Shown: positions 62,113-64,000 of the stretch, one piece after another
Position numbering within the stretch: position 1 is the first letter of the stretch
Layout of the letters: every line of letters starts with the position of its first letter
Assembly (NCBI RefSeq): GCF_009914755.1
Contig: NC_060942.1
Source of the DNA: the human T2T-CHM13v2.0 reference genome, Homo sapiens
DNA length: 64,000 bases
Strand: one strand, 5' to 3'
Position numbers and translations under genes: made by a program
The notes under the pieces: model-generated
Database searches by the model: none
Told to the model about the DNA's origin: nothing
What the model saw: the letters and a program-made list of their open reading frames with translations, nothing else

Positions 62113-62452
62113 TGTTTTCCTCAGGGACAGGCGTTCTGCCTTTTCTCGAATCACAACTTTCCTTGACTTCTTTTCAGAAGTTTCTTCCTGTTGAAGAGCG
62201 GATGTGGCCTGTTTGGAAACCACAGACTGCCTGGATGCCGTGGACTGCCTGGATGCCGTGGACTGCTTGGATGCTGTGGACTGCTTGGATGCCGTGGACT
62301 GCTTAGATGCCGTGGTCTGCTTGGATGCCGTGGACTGTTTAGATGTTGTGATTCCTTCCTCACTAGCAAGAAGATTCCTCTGGGCTATATAAGCAGCAGC
62401 TTCTTTAATTCTTTCTTCTTCCGTATCAGTAATTCCACTGACATGCTTTTGA
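62113..62452 (-). CDS. MYOM1: MYOM1 exon 4 (340 nt), My1 head region with KQSTAS repeats
   Basis: ttttag acceptor, ACA|gtaaga donor; ORF 62089..62610. Confidence 0.96.
62225..62345 (-). repeat. Coding 18-bp tandem repeat (~6.5 units) encoding [KR]Q[ST]TAS
   Basis: Unit ggatgccgtggactgc[ct]t repeated on the + strand. Confidence 0.95.
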
Positions 62453-62726
62453 CTAAAACACAACAATGGCAAAATGTAGATGTTGTGGATGGCAGTGATA
62501 AGATTGAGTAATTTTACTAAGTTCAAAGTACCACATCTCAGACACTGTATCCTGCACCAAAAGAAAATCCGACATAGAAAAAGCAGGTGAATCAGAAGCT
62601 GACACTTCATGTACAGAAGTATTCCTCACCTTAACAAATAACAACAATAATAACACCTATGATGGCCCTGGTGCTTTTCACATACACTATCTTGTTTCAT
62701 CCCCTTACAAACCCTATGAGATAAAC

Positions 62727-63023
62727 TTTTTTTTTTTTTTTGATATGGAGTCTCGCTCTTGTTGCCCAGGCTGGAGTGCAGTGGTGCGATCTCAGCTCAC
62801 TGCAACCTTGGCCTCCTTGTTCAAGCAATTCTCCTGCCTCAGCCTCTCAAGGAGCTGGGATTACAGGCTCCTGCTACCATGCCTGGCTAATATTTTGTAA
62901 TTTTAGTAGAGACAGGGTTTCACCATGTTGGCCAGGCTGGTCTCGAATTCCTGACCTGAGGTGATCCACCAGCCTTGGCCTCCCAAAGTGCTGGGATTAC
63001 AGGCATGATCCACCGTGCCTGGC
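62727..63023 (-). mobile_element. AluS inserted in a MIR
   Basis: Alu consensus; TSD agataaa; MIR flanks. Confidence 0.88.
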
Positions 63024-64000
63024 CAAGATAAATTATTATTTCTGTTTTAAATATATGGTAACGAAGTTCAGATAAGTTAGATAACTTGGCCAAGGTCGTC
63101 TCACTGGTTGTCTTAGTGTGTTTAAACATGATTTTGTTTAAAATAAAAGATTATGGTTCCTTTCCAGAAAAGCTATATTGTCAAATGAGATCTAGTTTGT
63201 GTGCCTGTGACCCTGATACATGAGTAGGAGCTTGATCTGGGTTCTGTCACTTTGCTGATGTAATGCATTGCCTGGAGTTGTTACAGGTATGAATAAGTTC
63301 TGAATTTACATGAGGTTCCTTATGCCTACTGGGTTTCTTTCTAAGATAATACATGTTGTGTGTGCATATACTATGTGTGTACCTATACTATATACTAAGA
63401 AATTATCAAACTTGTGATGGAAGTGGTGACGTTTATAAATGTGACTCGTTATTATTCATAATTGACAATAGTAAGGGAGTGGCAACATCCCAAGTGCAAT
63501 GCCTACTGTGGCAGTTTATGATAGAATCTGTGCTGTGATTTATTCATGTCGTTTAAAAATATTTGAATTATTTTAACATATTTCAATGCCTTTTGTTGTT
63601 AACCCCCTCAAATGTTTCGTGAGAGAGTGTATTGATTACATCGAAGATTCTCTTGACATTGAGTCTCCTTAGACCTCTTAAGACAGAATCGTGCATTCTA
63701 AGAATGATTACTTCAGAATGTAAGCAAATGCTGCCATTGTGTTAGCAAGTTCCTAGCATCTAAATCTATGCTGCTTGCTGAGGAATGAGATTCCACATTT
63801 GCCAAGATTGGGGTTTCTCATGGACTATTCCTAAAACATCTGGCAGACGAGATGAGTCCACGTTGTTTCTGACTAAATGTAGTGAGTAAATTTTAAGTTT
63901 TTTTCTCTCTCCGTAAATATTAATAAGCTAATCCCTACTATGGATGTTAGTAATATGTCCATTATTATTTGGGGGGCAGGAAGAAGATGAAAGATTTTTA

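Noticed and set aside
62191-62511. Antisense repeat ORFs (GCRGLL / LDAVDC) and a CRISPR-like look of the 18-bp repeat
   Set aside because: Shadow frames of the coding KQSTAS repeat; there are no unique spacers and the context is eukaryotic

Overview
This is primate (human-like) genomic DNA lying entirely inside MYOM1 (myomesin-1, a sarcomeric M-band protein) on the minus strand. I traced 16 consecutive GT-AG coding exons totalling 2560 nt, all phase-compatible. Exon numbers 4-19 come from my recollection of the reference transcript. They encode the end of the My1 head with its KQSTAS repeats, Ig domains My2-My3, Fn3 domains My4-My6, the alternatively spliced 288-nt EH segment and the start of My7. 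The introns hold about 45 Alu/FLAM/FAM copies, a 6-kb old L1, other L1/L2/MIR fragments, a THE1 solo LTR, MLT1/ERVL LTRs, hAT DNA transposons and microsatellites. I found no new protein-coding gene or prokaryote-type system. The most unusual observations are: (i) locally templated insertions in introns 11 and 13, namely a ~115-bp fold-back hairpin, an inverted 111-bp copy from 2 kb away and a direct 120-bp copy dropped into an L1, each next to TA/CA-rich filler; (ii) an 87-bp apparent gene-conversion tract between two independent AluY elements; (iii) a candidate splicing-control module at the EH exon (dense YCAY cluster, exonic UGCAUG, in-frame distal 3' splice site); (iv) inverted Alu pairs bracketing in-frame exon units. 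Repeat boundaries and subfamily calls were made by eye and are approximate.
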